From assembly GCF_009914755.1 (NCBI RefSeq), contig NC_060935.1: 64,000 bases of DNA. One strand, written 5' to 3'. The position numbers were made by a program, and so were the translations under genes. How positions within the stretch are numbered: the stretch's first letter is position 1; each line of letters begins with the position of its first letter. The notes under the pieces were generated by a model. That model made no database searches. It was not told where the DNA came from and saw nothing but the letters and a program-made list of their open reading frames with translations. The DNA is from the human T2T-CHM13v2.0 reference genome, Homo sapiens. This document shows positions 23,365-37,120 of the stretch, one piece after another.

Positions 23365-23835
23365 CTATGGAAAAGCCTAGGTCAACTTCAGGTACAACTT
23401 TAATATTCACTATTTGGCTCTAGGATCTTTGACAGCATGCAAAGGATACTCCATCTCTAGCCTCACAGCCTCCCAGTTCAGGGAATTAGATAACAGCCTT
23501 AAACCTATTTGAGTTAATGTGGAAGACAGCTGGACAGAAAGCTTTGTGTTTAGATGTTCAACCAAATGTGTGATAGTGCAGTAGAAATTGAGTTAAATAT
23601 GCCACTTAAACTTTTAATATGTAAAAAATAATGGCATAGTGGAGTCATCTAAGAAAGTGTTATCTCTTAAGGAAGAAAGTCAAAAACATTTTAAGAAGTG
23701 AAAAATTTTTCTCAAAAGCAGAGTTGGAGTTGGCTAAGGAGGGATTATTTCAGGTCATGGAGAAAGGCTCTTCAGACATATAGTTATGATTAAGCAAAGA
23801 TTAAAAACAAAACAAACAAATTTTTTGAAAAACCA

Positions 23836-24236
23836 TGTGTTAGTCTGTTTTCACATTGCCATAAAGAAATACCTGAGACTGGATACTTTATAAAGAAAAG
23901 AGGTTTAATTGTCTCACGGTTCTGCAGGCTGTACAGGAAGCATGGTGGCATAGCTTCTGGGGAGGCCTCAAGGAATGTACAATCATGGTAGAAGGTGAAG
24001 GAGAAGCAGGCATGTCTTACATGGCCAGAGCAGGAGAAAGAGCAAGAGTGGGGAGATGCTACACACTTTTAAACAACCACATCTCATGAGAACTCTATCA
24101 TGAGAACAGCACTAAGGGGACCATTCATGAAGGATCCACCCCCATGATCCAATCACATCCCACCAGACCCACCTCCAACATCGGAGATTACAACTCAACA
24201 TGAGATTTGGGCAGAAACACAGATCAAACCAAATCA
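23836..24236 (-). mobile_element. MST (MSTA/B) solo LTR
   Basis: tgtgttagtctgttttcacattg...acacagatcaaaccaaatca; TSD aacca/accca. Confidence 0.9.
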
Positions 24237-24593
24237 ACCCACAAAAGCAAAAATCTTGTTAGAGGGGAGGTAAAAGGAAAGGAATTGTGAAACCTTTTCC
24301 ATCCTTTGGCTTTTGTCTGTTAACTTGTCATTTGTTCAAACTTAAACACAAAGCAAAGTAAAAGAAAACAAACTGCAAAATATTGTCCTGTTGAAAGTGG
24401 TTCTAAACCAGAGGTGTCCATTTAACAATTCATCCCATTTGCTTTTTTCTTCCTGACTGCACAAAGAAAACCCGAAGGACCAAATGAAGAGCTACATTCC
24501 TAGTGCTAGAAAACCAATCACCTCAGTCCTGTCAAACGACTTGATGCCTGTAAAGCCCCATTACCATTTTGTGAATTCCCTTCTTTCACTTAC

Positions 24594-25037
24594 TCTGCTC
24601 TAATCTCCAGACACTGGTCCTTTCTCCGGCATATTCTGCAGTAAATACACAGTATACTCAGTAGAAGCAGAAACTCCAAGGAAGAATTTGGCTTGCTTCT
24701 TGCATCACTGTTTATTGAAGGATAGGGATCCATGCTAACTCTTAGAATACAGTGTTTTTCTCTGTGTCTGCAATACTAAGCTCAATGTTATGGTTGTGAC
24801 ATAATATTAGATACCAGAGAGAGCCATTGAAATACTTGACATGTTCTCGGCCCTATCCACGCTCATGCTGACCAGTAACCTTGTTTTACATTATGTGATC
24901 ACCTCACCCTAATTGGAGCCAGATAGGGCTCTGACTGCAGAACAACCAGCACATCACCTGGTCTATGTCTGTACAGTAGGATGGCATGAAATGCTTTGCA
25001 TTAACTGAGGTAGGAGTTTGGATGCTAAAGACTAAAC
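24594..25037 (-). pseudogene. GREB1-like pseudo-exon (N-terminal domain)
   Basis: Acceptor (t)12cag|, donor aga|gtaagt. GLVFSIQTP vs GFLLVGVKSP; G*GREHVKYF (24829-24858) vs GCGKKGFCYF; YLLQNMPEKGP (24615-24647) vs YLVRNAQGTLTKGP. Several frameshifts. Confidence 0.75.
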
Positions 25038-25746
25038 CTGAAAAAAAAAAAAGGTAGATAAAGGAAAAGTTTCATTTTATATGTTGCAAGCACTTTCTGC
25101 CATCCAGGATGGAAAAACAGCTTGCTTTACAAGAAGAACCTTCTCTGTGTGTTGGGAAGTATCATTTTCACATGGCTTTTTAGTTACATGGATACAAGTT
25201 AAACATCTGGCAATTTTTCTTTGGGAAAATAATGAAAATACCCAAATTGGGTGGGTTTAGGTTGAAAATTTTAAAAAATTTAGAAAAATAAACTGGTCTT
25301 TTAGCAGACCCATATTTCTGAAAAATGATGTTAAAAACATTTTCCCCTAATCTGAAACTAGAATAGCCTATATCTCAAAATCACTGTTTTGAAGAAATGG
25401 ATGTGAATTTGTCCAAACAATTAAAAACAGAATATTAGAACTGGAGATAAATCATAATAGTTCAAAATGAACTTAATTTGGGAGCCTATATGTGATATTA
25501 TTAAAAATCAAATTATTCACATTTTGGAAAATGCACCACTTATTATTTTCAGAGGAACCTTCTGGTGAGAGCTTAAGGTAAGAAATGACAGACTTGAGGG
25601 TGGAAATGAAGAGAATTTGTGGCTCCTACCTTCAGTCATCGTAGGATAAGACAAATTTTCAAGCGTTAAAGTGAGGACTCTGGAGGAAAATATAAAAGTA
25701 ATTTCTCTCCCATTGAGCCTTGGAATTTGAGGAATGCACCTTAGGA

Positions 25747-25854
25747 AGGAGAAATTTGTGGAAAGGTACTTTAACAAGAATTCGGCTGGCCCTTAGCATG
25801 AGGAGAAATTTGTGGAAGGGTACTCTAGCAAGAATTCGGCTGGCCCTTAGCATG
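25747..25854. repeat. 54-bp tandem duplication (2 copies)
   Basis: aggagaaatttgtggaa.ggtact.ta.caagaattcggctggcccttagcatg twice. Confidence 0.95.
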
Positions 25855-26177
25855 TGGATAGAATAAGGGATAGCTTCCCAAACACCGGGCTGAGGCAGTC
25901 CAGGGCCAGCAGGATGAGGCAAGTGAGGTGTCCAGGGTGGGACCTTCAAGGAGGTGCTTTCTCTCAGGGCTGTTCAGTTACAGGGTGGGCACCACAGACT
26001 GAGTGACTCTGGAAATGTTGAGCCCTGGTGCCTTGCTTGCTTTACCCTAGCGGTGGCCTGGTGTGGTATTCTGGATTTTGGGGGAACGAGCTTGGCAAAG
26101 TCTGAATTTCAGAATACTGAAAGTTCCAGTAAGTTAGAGATGACAGGAGAAGCTCAGAAATCCAAAGAAGAGGCTCT

Positions 26178-26760
26178 CAGGGGTGATGGCATTTAGAACA
26201 TGCCACCCAAAATAGGCTCTTTTGGCAAATTCATTACTTTGAGCTGCAGATGTTTGAGAAACATCAGATGCAGGAAGGGCTCTCTGACTTCCCTTTTTCT
26301 ACCTACAAGCAGATCATAAACTTTTCCATGAGAACAATGCCCTCCATGGACCAGGAAGATAACATTTTTATCACCAGAGAATGGAAGTTAATGCTGCAAT
26401 GGATCTATACAAATAAACCTACCAAAATAACCTTTATCTTCCTTTAGCTTCTCTATATTTTCTAGTCACTTTCTAGAAATTTCTTCACAATTTGCCACTC
26501 CTAGAAGTGGTAAATATCCTATTAATAGTAGAAATCCTATTCTATCTTGTCACTTCTCTGCAAATTTATTGTTCTTTATTTTTAAACAAGTATATAAGCT
26601 CTCAGTCCTAATTGCTTCTTCAGGTCTTCATTTTTCCTATGAAGGCTCTTATTAAATAAAATATGCACATTTTTCTCCTGGTAATCTATTTTATACCAGT
26701 TTAATTCTCAGGTCCAGCCACAGAACCTAAGAGGGTAGAAGAAAGGTTTTCCTTCCCTAA
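26178..26760 (+). mobile_element. ERV1 solo LTR, MER34-like
   Basis: agaacatgccacccaaaata start, tatataag, aataaa, and agaacctaagagggtaga end. Confidence 0.65.
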
Positions 26761-27316
26761 GGCATCATGAGTGTGTTGAAGAAAATAACTGAAAGTTTGA
26801 GTGTACAGAAACGGTGAGCTAGAGAAAAGATAAAAGGTGAAGAAATTGATTGGTGATAGAGACACAGATTCGGAGAGCAGCAATTAGGCAAAGAGTAGCT
26901 GACCATGTCACACTGGAGAAATGGTTCTGAATTTCTCCTGCTGAGGACCTGAGGGCTGCTTTGGATTCTGCATGACCATCCAGTCTCACCGGACCCAGCC
27001 TTACCAGAGTTCCTGCCATTCATGAGTGAATCCTTTTGTGGCAAACCACAGAAAATGGCTCTAACTTAGGCAGAAGGGGATTTATGTAAAGGAATTAGGA
27101 ATAGAACCAAATTGACAAGAGCCAGGAGAATCAGGCTTAGGAACTGGTGAGAACCAAGACAGCTCTAGAGACAATAGCCGTCTCATGGCAGGAATGGTTT
27201 GGTCAGGGTGCTGCTATGCAGACCGAGGGGAAACTTTAGTTTCTTTATCCCTGTGCCAGAGATTCAAATTCTAGGGAGAACTTACATAGTTGCCCTAGCT
27301 TGGGTCACAGACCTGC

Positions 27317-27372
27317 TCCCAAACAATAACAAGTCAAGTCCCAAACAATAACAAGTCAAGTCCCAAACAATA
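27317..27372. repeat. 22-bp perfect tandem repeat, 2.5 copies
   Basis: tcccaaacaataacaagtcaag x2.5. Confidence 0.95.
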
Positions 27373-27577
27373 GTTTTACTAATTAAAGTGGACAAGGCAA
27401 TGGAAAAAAATGGAAATTGGGGTGCTGAGAAGGGGAAAAAGAGAAAAAGATGAATATTGGAAAGCTAAAGCTAGAACTGTCCACTGCCAAGCAACATGGC
27501 TTATTGTCCTTTACTGATTTGCCATAGGCCTTCTCACATGATTGACATTTCTGTCTTTGTTCCTATGAGTATCTTAC

Positions 27578-27803
27578 ACCAGCTATCCCATAACCATTAC
27601 TTGATGATTCTCAATGTCTTGCAACCAAAACAGCTGAGTCAGACCACTGAGGAAAAGGGTGCTGCTCTGTTTTTCTTTGTATATTTTCGACAGCAATGAT
27701 TACGGCCTCTCAAAAAAGACTCCAACTTTCTTCTGGGAGTATTTGGTTCTGCTGGATTCTCTTAACTTGTCTTTTCTGTCAGCTTTCTCTTGGGGCATTT
27801 TTC
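27578..27803 (-). pseudogene. GREB1-like pseudo-exon matching the GREB1 N-terminus
   Basis: LESFLRGRN (27699-27725) vs IEASLRSNN and CFGCKTLRII (27603-27632) vs CQAGKDLRLV, in the same frame. Donor gtaaga; acceptor apparently mutated. Confidence 0.62.
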
Positions 27804-27929
27804 ATGTGGGAAAGGAAGGGGTCATAATATTATAGTTATTTCCTTTCCCAGTTAATGCTTTAGGCTAGTATGGCTCAGAAGACCAGCCCAAACAAGGGCA
27901 ATACCAGGACTCTCACACTCCCTCATTCT

Positions 27930-30590
27930 TTTTTTTAACTGAGATATAATTCACATGCCATAAAATTTACCCTTTTAAGGAATACATTTCAGTAGTTGTT
28001 AGTATATTCATAAACTTGTGCAAACATCACCACTGTATAATTCCAGAATGTTTCCATCAGTTACTCCCTATTCTCCCCTCACCCTACTCTTGGCAACTAC
28101 TAATCTACTTTCTGTCTCCATGTATTTTCTTATTCTGAACAGTTCACATAAATTGAATCACATAATATGCAGCTTTTTGTGCCTGTCTTCTTCTACTTAG
28201 CATAATGTTTTTAAGGCTCGTCCAGATTATAGCGTGTGTCAGCACTTTATTTCTTTTAATGGCTAAATAATATTCTGTTGTATCATTATACCACAATATA
28301 TTTAGCCTTTCATTGATATTTGGGTTATTCCCACTTTTGGCTACTGTAAACAATGATGCTATGAACATCATGTACAAGTTTTTGTGTAGACATGTTTTCA
28401 ATTATTTTGGGTATATACCTAGGAGTGGAATTATGGTAATTCTATGTTGAACATTTTGAGGAACTGCCAAACTGTTTTCCATAGTGGCTGTGCCATTTTA
28501 CATTCTCGAAAGCAATACATTGGGGGTTCCACTCCACATCATCAACACTTGTGTGTCTAGATTTTACAGATGCTTGTCTGAATGTTAACCATCCTAGGGG
28601 GTGTGAAATTGTATCTCATTGTGTTTTGATTTGCATTTCCCTAATGGCTAATGATGTTGAGCATTTTTCTCATATGCTTATTGGCCATGTGTGTAACTTC
28701 TTTGTAGAAATGTCTATTCAAATTCTTTACCCATATTTTAATTGGATTGTCTTTTCATGGTTTAGTTGAAAGGATGAAAGTATCTTTTATATATTCTGAA
28801 TACTAGTCTTATCTGATAAATGATTTGCAAATATTTTCTCCTATTCTGTGGTTTGTTAATTTTTTTTTTCATTTTTGAGACAGAGTCTCTCTGTGTTGCC
28901 CAACCTGGAGGGCAATGGTGCAATCATGGCTCATTGCAGCCTTGACCTCCTGGGCTGAAGCAATCTTCTCACCTCAGCCTCCTAAGCAGCTAGGACTACA
29001 GTCACATGCCACCACACTTGAACTTCTATTCTCTGGTTTGTTATCTTACTTTTCTGACATTGAAGTACAAACATTTCTAATTATAATGAAGTTCAATCTA
29101 TCTATTTTTTCTTTGGTTACTTGTGCTTTTGGTGGCATATCTAAGAAACCATTGCCTGATCCAAGATAACAAAAACTCACACCTGTTTTCTTCTGAAAGT
29201 GTTATAGTTTTAGTGCTTATATTTAGGTCTTTTGTCCATTTTTAGTTTATTTTTGTGTGTGGTGTGAGGTAGGGGATCCAAATTCATCCTTTCACTTCTA
29301 GATATTCCATTGTCTCAGCATCATGTGTTGAAGAGATTTTTCTTTTTCCCATGAATTAATTGTTTGGCACCCTTGTTTAAAATCAAATGACTACAAATGT
29401 AAGCATTTATTTCTGGACTCTCAATTCAATTCTATTAACTCATATTTCTATCCTTATACTAGTACCATGCTGTCTTGATTACTGGGCTTTGCAACTAGTT
29501 TTAAAATCAAAAAGTTTGTGTCCTCGACCTTGAATCTTTTTCACGATTATTTTTGCTATTCTGAGTTTCTTGCTATTCCATGTGAATTTTAGGATTAGCT
29601 TGTTCAATTTCTGCAAAAGCTAAGCAGCTGGGATTTTGATAAGGATTACACTGAATCTGTGGATTAATTTGGGAGTACTACCATCTTAATAATATGTCTT
29701 CCAATCCATGAACATAAGATGTCTTTGCATTTACTTAGATCTTTAATTTCCTTCAAAATTTTAAATAAGTTTTGTTAAATTTCTTTCTAAGTGTTCAACT
29801 TTTTTGATGCCATTATAAATGGAATTTTCTTAGTTTTATTTTCTGGCTGTTTATTGCTGCTGTATATGAATACATTGGTATTTGTATATTGATGTAGTAT
29901 CCTGCAAAACCTTGGCAAATTAATTCATTTGTTAATTTTAGTGGTTTTAATGGATTCCTTAGGATATTCTATGTACAAGAGTATGGCATTTGCAAGTAGA
30001 AGTAGTTTTACTTCTTCTTTTCTAATACAGATGCTTTTTAAATGTCTGTTTCTTGCCTAATTGCCCTGACTATACTGTCCAGTACAATGTGGAATAGAAG
30101 TGGAGTGGCAGAAGCAAACATTCTTGTCTTATTCCTGATCTTATGGGGAAAGCTTTAAGTCTTTCATCATTAAGTATGATATTAGCTGTGGTTTTTCATA
30201 TGTGCCCTGTATAAGATTGAGGAAGTTTCCTTCAATTCCTAGTTTGTTGAATGTTTTTATCAGAAATATTGAGATGATCATATAGCTTTTTACAAATTTT
30301 ATTCTATCAATATGGTTGATATAAACCAACCTTGCATTCTTGGGATAAATCTCACTTGGTCATAATATATTCCTTTATATATTCAGCTGAATTTGGTTTG
30401 CATATATAAAACTATGCTCTCATATTTTGCTGAGGATTTTTGTGACTATCTTCATAAGGAATATTGGTCTGTAGTTTTTTTTCTTTATTTGTGACGTCTT
30501 TGTCTGGTTTTGGTATCAGAGTATTACTGGCCTCATAGAGTGAGTTAAAATGTGTTCCCTCCTTTTATTTTTCAAAGAGACTGAGAAGAT
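27930..30590 (-). mobile_element. 5'-truncated L1MB (~2.6 kb) with an Alu monomer at ~28860-29017
   Basis: L1 3'UTR and ORF2 remnants (ORFs 28144..28401 and 30141..30329 are L1-like). Confidence 0.85.
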
Positions 30591-31814
30591 CTATAGTTTC
30601 ACAACTTAAGGCCAAGAAAATGATAGATTCTGCTTTGTCTATTCTTCTGGGTTAAAAGGATGCAAAAGTATTACAAAGATACTGTTATGAACAAGATACA
30701 ATAATTTATTCAAGCTATATCATAAATGTATTTTTATAATGATTATATCTAGGAAAATAGAAATATGGAATATTCTTGGATAAGCATTCAATCAACAGAA
30801 TGACATATTAATGAGAACATAAAAAAAGTCAAAGTCCTACTACCTAGCAATAATCATTAAAAGTATTTGGTAAATACCATTTCCGACCATGCTTTGTATC
30901 ACAGCTGTTTAATTCTATATTTAAATGTATTCATTATTTACCACCAATCTTTTTTCTTACTTTGTCTACACTCAAATCACATGGATATATGGATTTTATT
31001 GAAAGTAGTTTTGTTCTAGAACTTCTGGGTACTGTAGTTTCCGAGTTCTTGGATGCTTAGGAATGTAAATAGGCTTCTTTTACATGCAAACAACTTGGCT
31101 ATGAAATATTCTCATATCACATTTTAACCTTCCAGATTTTGCTGTTATCTTCTGGCATTGAATATTGCTGAGGAGGATTAGAGGATAATCTGATTTTCCC
31201 CTCTTATTTTTCTGTATGGATGCCTGAAGAACATTCTTTAATCCTCAAAATTTAACTTAATTTGATGTGTCATCTCAGCTCAATCACTTTTTTTTTTTTC
31301 TGGAACAAGATGGCCTCTTTAATTTTCAGATTTTGGGGTTTTTTTTTAACACCTTTTTGTTCTGCTGCATGTTGCTCTTTCAGGGACAGTTATTAGTCTC
31401 ATGCTGTATGTTAGTCTTTTACATTGACTAACTTATCTCCAATTGATTTAACCTTGATTTGCTTTTCCTTCACCATTGTAGTGAGTAAGCAGGCTTGCTT
31501 TTGTGTTAGAAATCTCATTTCAGTTGTGTCCATTCCATTTCATGTTAATTTATTAACTGAGAGTTGTTGTTACTTTGATCCTTGAATTGTTTTCTTAAAT
31601 CTGCTATTCCCCTTTCCATCTTCTGTTGTTGTTTTATCTGATATTTGAGTTCTTGCTTTATTGAATTGCTATTCTTATTAAATTTTCCTAGTATAAAGCA
31701 CTCATTTACATTTTCTCCTGTTCCTTAGTACTGAATATGCACAGTATTTTAAGTTATGTATGTTTCTTTTTATTTTCTTTCTTTATGTTTACTCTAATCC
31801 CATTACAGATTAAT

Positions 31815-33870
31815 ACTTTTTTTTCAAAGACAGAATTTTAATACTTTGCCCAGGATGGCCTCTAACTCCTGGGCTCAAGAGATTGTCCACCTCAGCCTCC
31901 TGAGTAGCGAGAACTACAGCTATAGGCATTCACCACCACACCCAGTTTTGTTTCTTTTTAAATACCTCACACCTCTCTACACTTGTACCATTTGGGTATT
32001 TTTTCAGAGAGTGGCAGAATTCTTAATATAGATCCCTAGTCATATTATGTTTTAATCCTATCTGTTACAATGCTTTGGGCTGCAAATAACAGAATCTCTG
32101 TCTAACAGTTTAAACAATAAAGACACTCTCATATACCTAATATCTAAAGGTAGTCAGTTCCAAGGTTGATTCAGCAATCTATGTATGTCATTAAGGACCT
32201 GGGCTGTTCTTATCTTTCTGCTCTGCCAGACGTCAGAATCAGAAGATAGTAGCCACAGCTCTAATAATTCAGTCCATCAGCCTCCACGGCAGCAAGAAAA
32301 AAGAAGAGACTAAAAGGACTTTTTTTTTTAGCTCTTTTTTTTGTTTGTTTGTTTTTTTCAGAAAGGAACATCTTCCTCAGAATTCTTTTCCTTCCTCCCC
32401 CAGCCCCTGAACAGATTTTCTCTTTTATCTTGCCAGAACTGGATCATATGCCCTTCCCTATATAAGTGCCTTATGAAAGGGCAGGGGGGAACCAGTGAGG
32501 TTCCCCACTATTTTTTTTTTGCCCTTCTGCAAAAACACAGCAACGAGGCACCTTCTAAGAGGGCATCTCTTAGAGGCAGAGAGCCCTCAGCAGACACCAA
32601 ATCTACTGACAGATTGATCTGGAACTTCTCAGCCTCCAGAAATGTGAGAAATAAGTTTCTATTATTTATAAATTACCCATTCTTAGATATTTTGTTATAG
32701 CAGATCAAATGGACTAAAATAAACGCTAAGAGTTTTCACCATTTTTCATAGTGAGATGGGAACTAGACATTTCTGTGGGAATTCACTGTGTTTTTGTTAC
32801 AGTTTGATGTATGCATTAGCCAGAGTTCCCAGAGATCTCTAAACAGAACCAATAGGAGACTGTGTGTGTGTGTACATGTAGTTGTCCCTTGGTATACACA
32901 GTGGGTTGGTTCCAAGACTCCCCTCATAAACCAAAATCCTCATGAGTTTTGGGGAATTGTTTCTAAATGCAATTCTACTGTAAAAATACACAGGAGATAG
33001 CCTGAAAGAGTTCTCAATGGCCAAAGCTGGAACAACTTGAACAACAAAATAATGATGGTATTCTATTATAAACCAAAGAATAAAAAATATACACAAGAGC
33101 CCGTATTGATATAAATAAATGATAAATATATAGGTAAGTGCAGGAAAAGCAGAAAATTTTCTGTACAGAAGAATTTTAAACGTATTTGTAGATATTTGTT
33201 CCTCCAGGAGGTAGTGCTTAATTTCCCCCACCTTAAGTGTGGATTGAACTGAGTGACTTCCTTCTAAAGAAGAGAATATGGGAGAAAAAAAAATAGTAAC
33301 TTTCCAGTGAAAAAAACTGGCAGATATTACTCGAAACAAGTAGATAAGGTTAACATCATCAGTGATAATTCATGTTGATAGCATGTACTCCCTGATATGA
33401 TGTGATGTTATGAAAAAGGCACTTCACCTTTGTGGTAATTTTCCCCAAAACTCATAACTCTAATATAATCATGAGAAAAACATCAGAAAAAACAAATCTG
33501 AAAGATATTCTACAAAATATCTGCCCAGAGAACTCCTCAAAACTGTCAAAGCCATGAAAAACAAGGAGAGATTGAGAAACCATCAAAGATTAGAAGAGAT
33601 TAAGGAAACATATCGACTAAATGCAATGTAGGATTTTGAATAGGATCCTCAAACAGAAAAAGGACATTAGTGAAACAACTGACAAAATCTGAATAAAGTC
33701 CATAGTTACTTGTATTGCAGCAATGTTAATTTCTTAGTTTTAACAACTGCACCATGATTGTATAAGATGTGGACATTAGGGGAAGCTGGGTGAAAGGTAT
33801 ATGGAAACTTTATAGACTATCTTTACAACTTTTTAGTAAATCTAAAATTATTTCAAAAGTAATATAAAAA
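31815..33870. mobile_element. Mosaic of old repeats: FLAM (31815-31945), MLT1 pieces (32060-32720), MLT2/MER2 stubs (32810-32945), L1MC 3' end (+, ~33000-33870)
   Basis: Recognisable consensus-like motifs; boundaries approximate. Confidence 0.6.
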
Positions 33871-34119
33871 TGTTTGAGCAAGTTCAGAAAAGCAAATTCT
33901 GGCAGTGACTAGTATAAGAAAAGTATTATTTTGTAGGTCAGGAATATTTCCGCAGGCCTCTGCATGAGTTGTCTGAAAAATGCCTCAAGTCTAGCTATCT
34001 CCTTTGGCTAGAATTCCTTGCTTAACCAGCAAATTTTGGAATTCAGCAAACATGGGACTGTGGTCCTGAGAAAAGGAATGCATCAAACATGAGCATCCTG
34101 TCACTAGGAAGATAAATGC

Positions 34120-34561
34120 TGTATTAGTCAGGGTTCTCTAGAGGGACAGAATAATAGGGTAGATACATATAAAGGGGAGTTTATTAAGTATTAACTCACA
34201 TAATCACAGGATCCCACAACGGGCAGTCTGCAAGCTGAGGAGTAAGGAGAGCCAGCCCGAGTCCAAAAACTGAAGAACTTGGAGTCTGATGTTCAAGGGC
34301 AGGAAGCATCCAGAATAAGACAAAGATGTAGGCTGGGAGGCTAGGCCAGTCTCTCTTTTCACATTTTTCTGCCTGCTTTATATTCTAGCTTCACTGGCAG
34401 CTGATTAGATTGTGCCCACCCAGATTAAGGGTGGATCTGCCTTTCCCAGCCCACTGACTCAAATGTTAATCTCCTTTGGCAACACCCTCACAGACACACT
34501 CAGGATCAATACTTTGCATCCTTCAATCCAATCAAGTTGACACTCAGTATTAACCATCACA
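34120..34561 (-). mobile_element. MLT2A (HERV-L) solo LTR
   Basis: tgtattagtcagggttctctagagggacaga...gacactcagtattaaccatcaca. Confidence 0.92.
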
Positions 34562-34710
34562 TATCCTCAAATTGTAAATCAATTAACTAGCATTCAAGAC
34601 AACTGCATCAACCTCAGAAAATCTAATTACTGAGTCTCTCTCATCCTAGGATCTAAAGTCTGCTTTCTGGACCACCAAGGCTCAAAATGAGGCCCTACAA
34701 ACTGTTGGGC

Positions 34711-35090
34711 TACATTAGTCTGATCTCACATTGCTATAAAGAACTACCTGAGACTGGATAATTTAAAAAGGAAAAAGGTTTAATTGGCTCACAGTTTCAC
34801 AGGCTGTACAGGAAGCATGACTGTGGAGGGCTCAGGAAACTTACAATCATGGCAGAAGGCAAAAAGGAAGGAGGCAGGTCTTTCATAGCTGGAGCAGGAG
34901 GAAGAGGGGAAAGGGGGAGGTGCTATACACTTTTAAACAACCAGATCTCATGAGAACTCACCATCAAGGGAACAGCAAGGGGGTCATCCGCCCTCATGAT
35001 CCAATCAGCTCCCACCAGGCCCCTCTTCCAACATTGGGGATTACAATTCGACATGAGATTTGGACGGGGACACAAATCCAAACCCTATCA
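34711..35090 (-). mobile_element. MSTA solo LTR
   Basis: Consensus-like; perfect TSD tgggc at 34706-34710 and 35091-35095. Confidence 0.92.
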
Positions 35091-35407
35091 TGGGCTTCCC
35101 CTACACACACACCCCTAGTCACCTCCCCACTCTCTTACGCCTTCACTCTTTTATCCTTGTTGCTGTTCTAGCCCATTTGTCCTAGTAGCCAGCTCTCTCA
35201 GGAATAGCCCCAGCAACACCAAAGCTGCTACATACAATCAAGCCTATTTCTGATACTTTGGCATTTCTTTTACTTTCTTAAATAATAAGAACACTAGTTG
35301 TCATCCCTCTCTCTCTCAACATTTTTATTAATTAAAAGCTTTGGCTGTATTGTGGAAAATACAGAATAATCAAAGGCCCTAGAATCCAGTCTCAACTAGG
35401 TTTTTAC

Positions 35408-35536
35408 CGTGTTAAAAGAAAAAAACTTGATTCACTCCCTCTTGTGTAATGAATTTTTCTTTAATCTCTGTGTACTTTCCTTGTGCTTTTAATCATTATA
35501 TGTTCGAAGGCCCGTGTAACCTGAATTGCCACTTTT
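35408..35536 (-). pseudogene. GREB1-like pseudo-exon matching the extreme C-terminus of GREB1
   Basis: Acceptor ttttctctttatctctaaaaag|, in phase with the previous exon. KWQFRL (WQFRL 35517-35531) vs EWQFRL; FFLLTR vs LFFLTG. Followed by candidate donor cg|gtaaaa. Confidence 0.75.
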
Positions 35537-35702
35537 CTTTTTAGAGATAAAGAGAAAAATACACATTTCATTTGTATTTCAAATATTAGGTCCTGCCTGT
35601 TTATCACTTTATTTTTTATAGCTTCTAAGACTTTGCTTTGAACTTCAAGTTCTTCTGGCCAACGTGACTGTAACGTGGTTGTCAATAATTTTTAGTACTT
35701 AC

Positions 35703-35850
35703 TGTAACTGAGAGCTTTTCTTTCCCACTCAAAGATCACCAAATGTTATGCTGTATTGTCAACTAGAATGTGTCAGTGAGTCAAGCATAAGGCATGCAGG
35801 ATATCTTCTTAGGTAAGCCAGAATGAAAACCAAAGTTACTGAATATTTGT
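35703..35850 (-). pseudogene. GREB1-like pseudo-exon
   Basis: Donor aca|gtaagt. FSNFGFHSG / HALCLT vs LKKFHFLKG / ATLCVI. 5' boundary uncertain (candidate acceptor at 35808-35809). Confidence 0.55.
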
Positions 35851-36813
35851 TTCCTCTTTATTGTTCAAATTTTATTGCACATAACTTATTTTGATGATTC
35901 CTCATTCCACAGTAGACAGGCCGACAGGCCGATGCAAACCTATCTGTAAGAATTCAAGGAAGCAGAGAAGCTGAAGAAAGAGGCTGACATATTCAGTTTC
36001 TCAGAAAGAAACATTTAATAGGGACTTTTGAACAGAAACCGTGTCCATATCTCAGGTAGTGGTGAGGCAAGATGGTGGCTCCATTACTGCCCAGACCCAG
36101 GGCTTATATACCACAGGGAAGGAATGTGTGGGACAACTATAGGGAAAGGCAAGAATGCTATAGGAATAGCATAAGGATGTATGGTCAAGGTTGTTCTGAC
36201 CTAAGAACAGGATTTAAAGTAAGTATGTGTTCTTACACAAGGAACAGTCCATAAAATAGAAATCTTAGAGCTATTCGTGGAACTACGGTTAATCCAAAAT
36301 CAAAATGGCAGATTAGTATTTAAGATGGAGTTGCTTTGGCCTCCACACTCCACCTCGCTAACCTGGCTTTTATAATCTCATGCACCTCCCTCTTCTGTGA
36401 TGGTCCCTGAGCTTTTAGAGAGAGTGGTTAATATGGTACAGCTTTAGCAGCAGTGCACGGGCAATGGAAAACAGATCAGGCCCAGTGGGATTCCAAATGA
36501 GGGAGATTAACAGGCTCTGTTGAATCATCTCTTGTCTTTGAAATACCATGGCTTCAGTTTTCTTTGAAAAAGTAAAACAATGAGATACAAAACATTAATA
36601 ATTGGAATAGTAAAAATATGATGCACACAATGATTACGTCAAAAGAGAATTTGTATGTCAGAACAGTAACAAAAAGAACCTATTCTGTTAGAAAGCCCCC
36701 ACAGGAAGAAAATTAAAACCCTATTCTCCTTTAGAGACTTCTTGCAGCCAGGAAATAATTTGGGTATAAAATAATTTCAAGCTATAAATAGCTTAAAAGA
36801 AAAAGGTTTTCTT

Positions 36814-37120
36814 TCTTTTTTTTTTTTTTTTGTTTGTTTGTTTTTGAGATGGAGTGTTGCTCTTGTCACCCAGGCTGAAGTGTAATGGCGTAATCTCCAC
36901 TCACTGCAACCTCTGCCTCAAGTGATTCTCCTGCCTCAGCCTCCAGAGTAGTTGGGATTACAGGCGCCTGCCACCATGCTTGGCTAATTTTTGTATTTTT
37001 AGTAAAGATGAGGTTTCACCATGTTGGCCAGGCTTGTCTCAAACTCCTGACCTCAGGTGATCTGCCCACCTTGGCCTCCCAATGTGCTGGGATTACAAGC
37101 GTAAGCCACCTTGCCTGGCT
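36814..37120 (-). mobile_element. AluS (further Alus inside the provirus at ~38160-38492, 40350-40582, 40672-40947)
   Basis: Dimeric Alu; TSD gaaaaaggttttctt. Confidence 0.92.

Noticed and set aside
25747-27372. Short direct repeats as CRISPR-like arrays
   Set aside because: They are head-to-tail duplications without spacers, in a eukaryotic genome.
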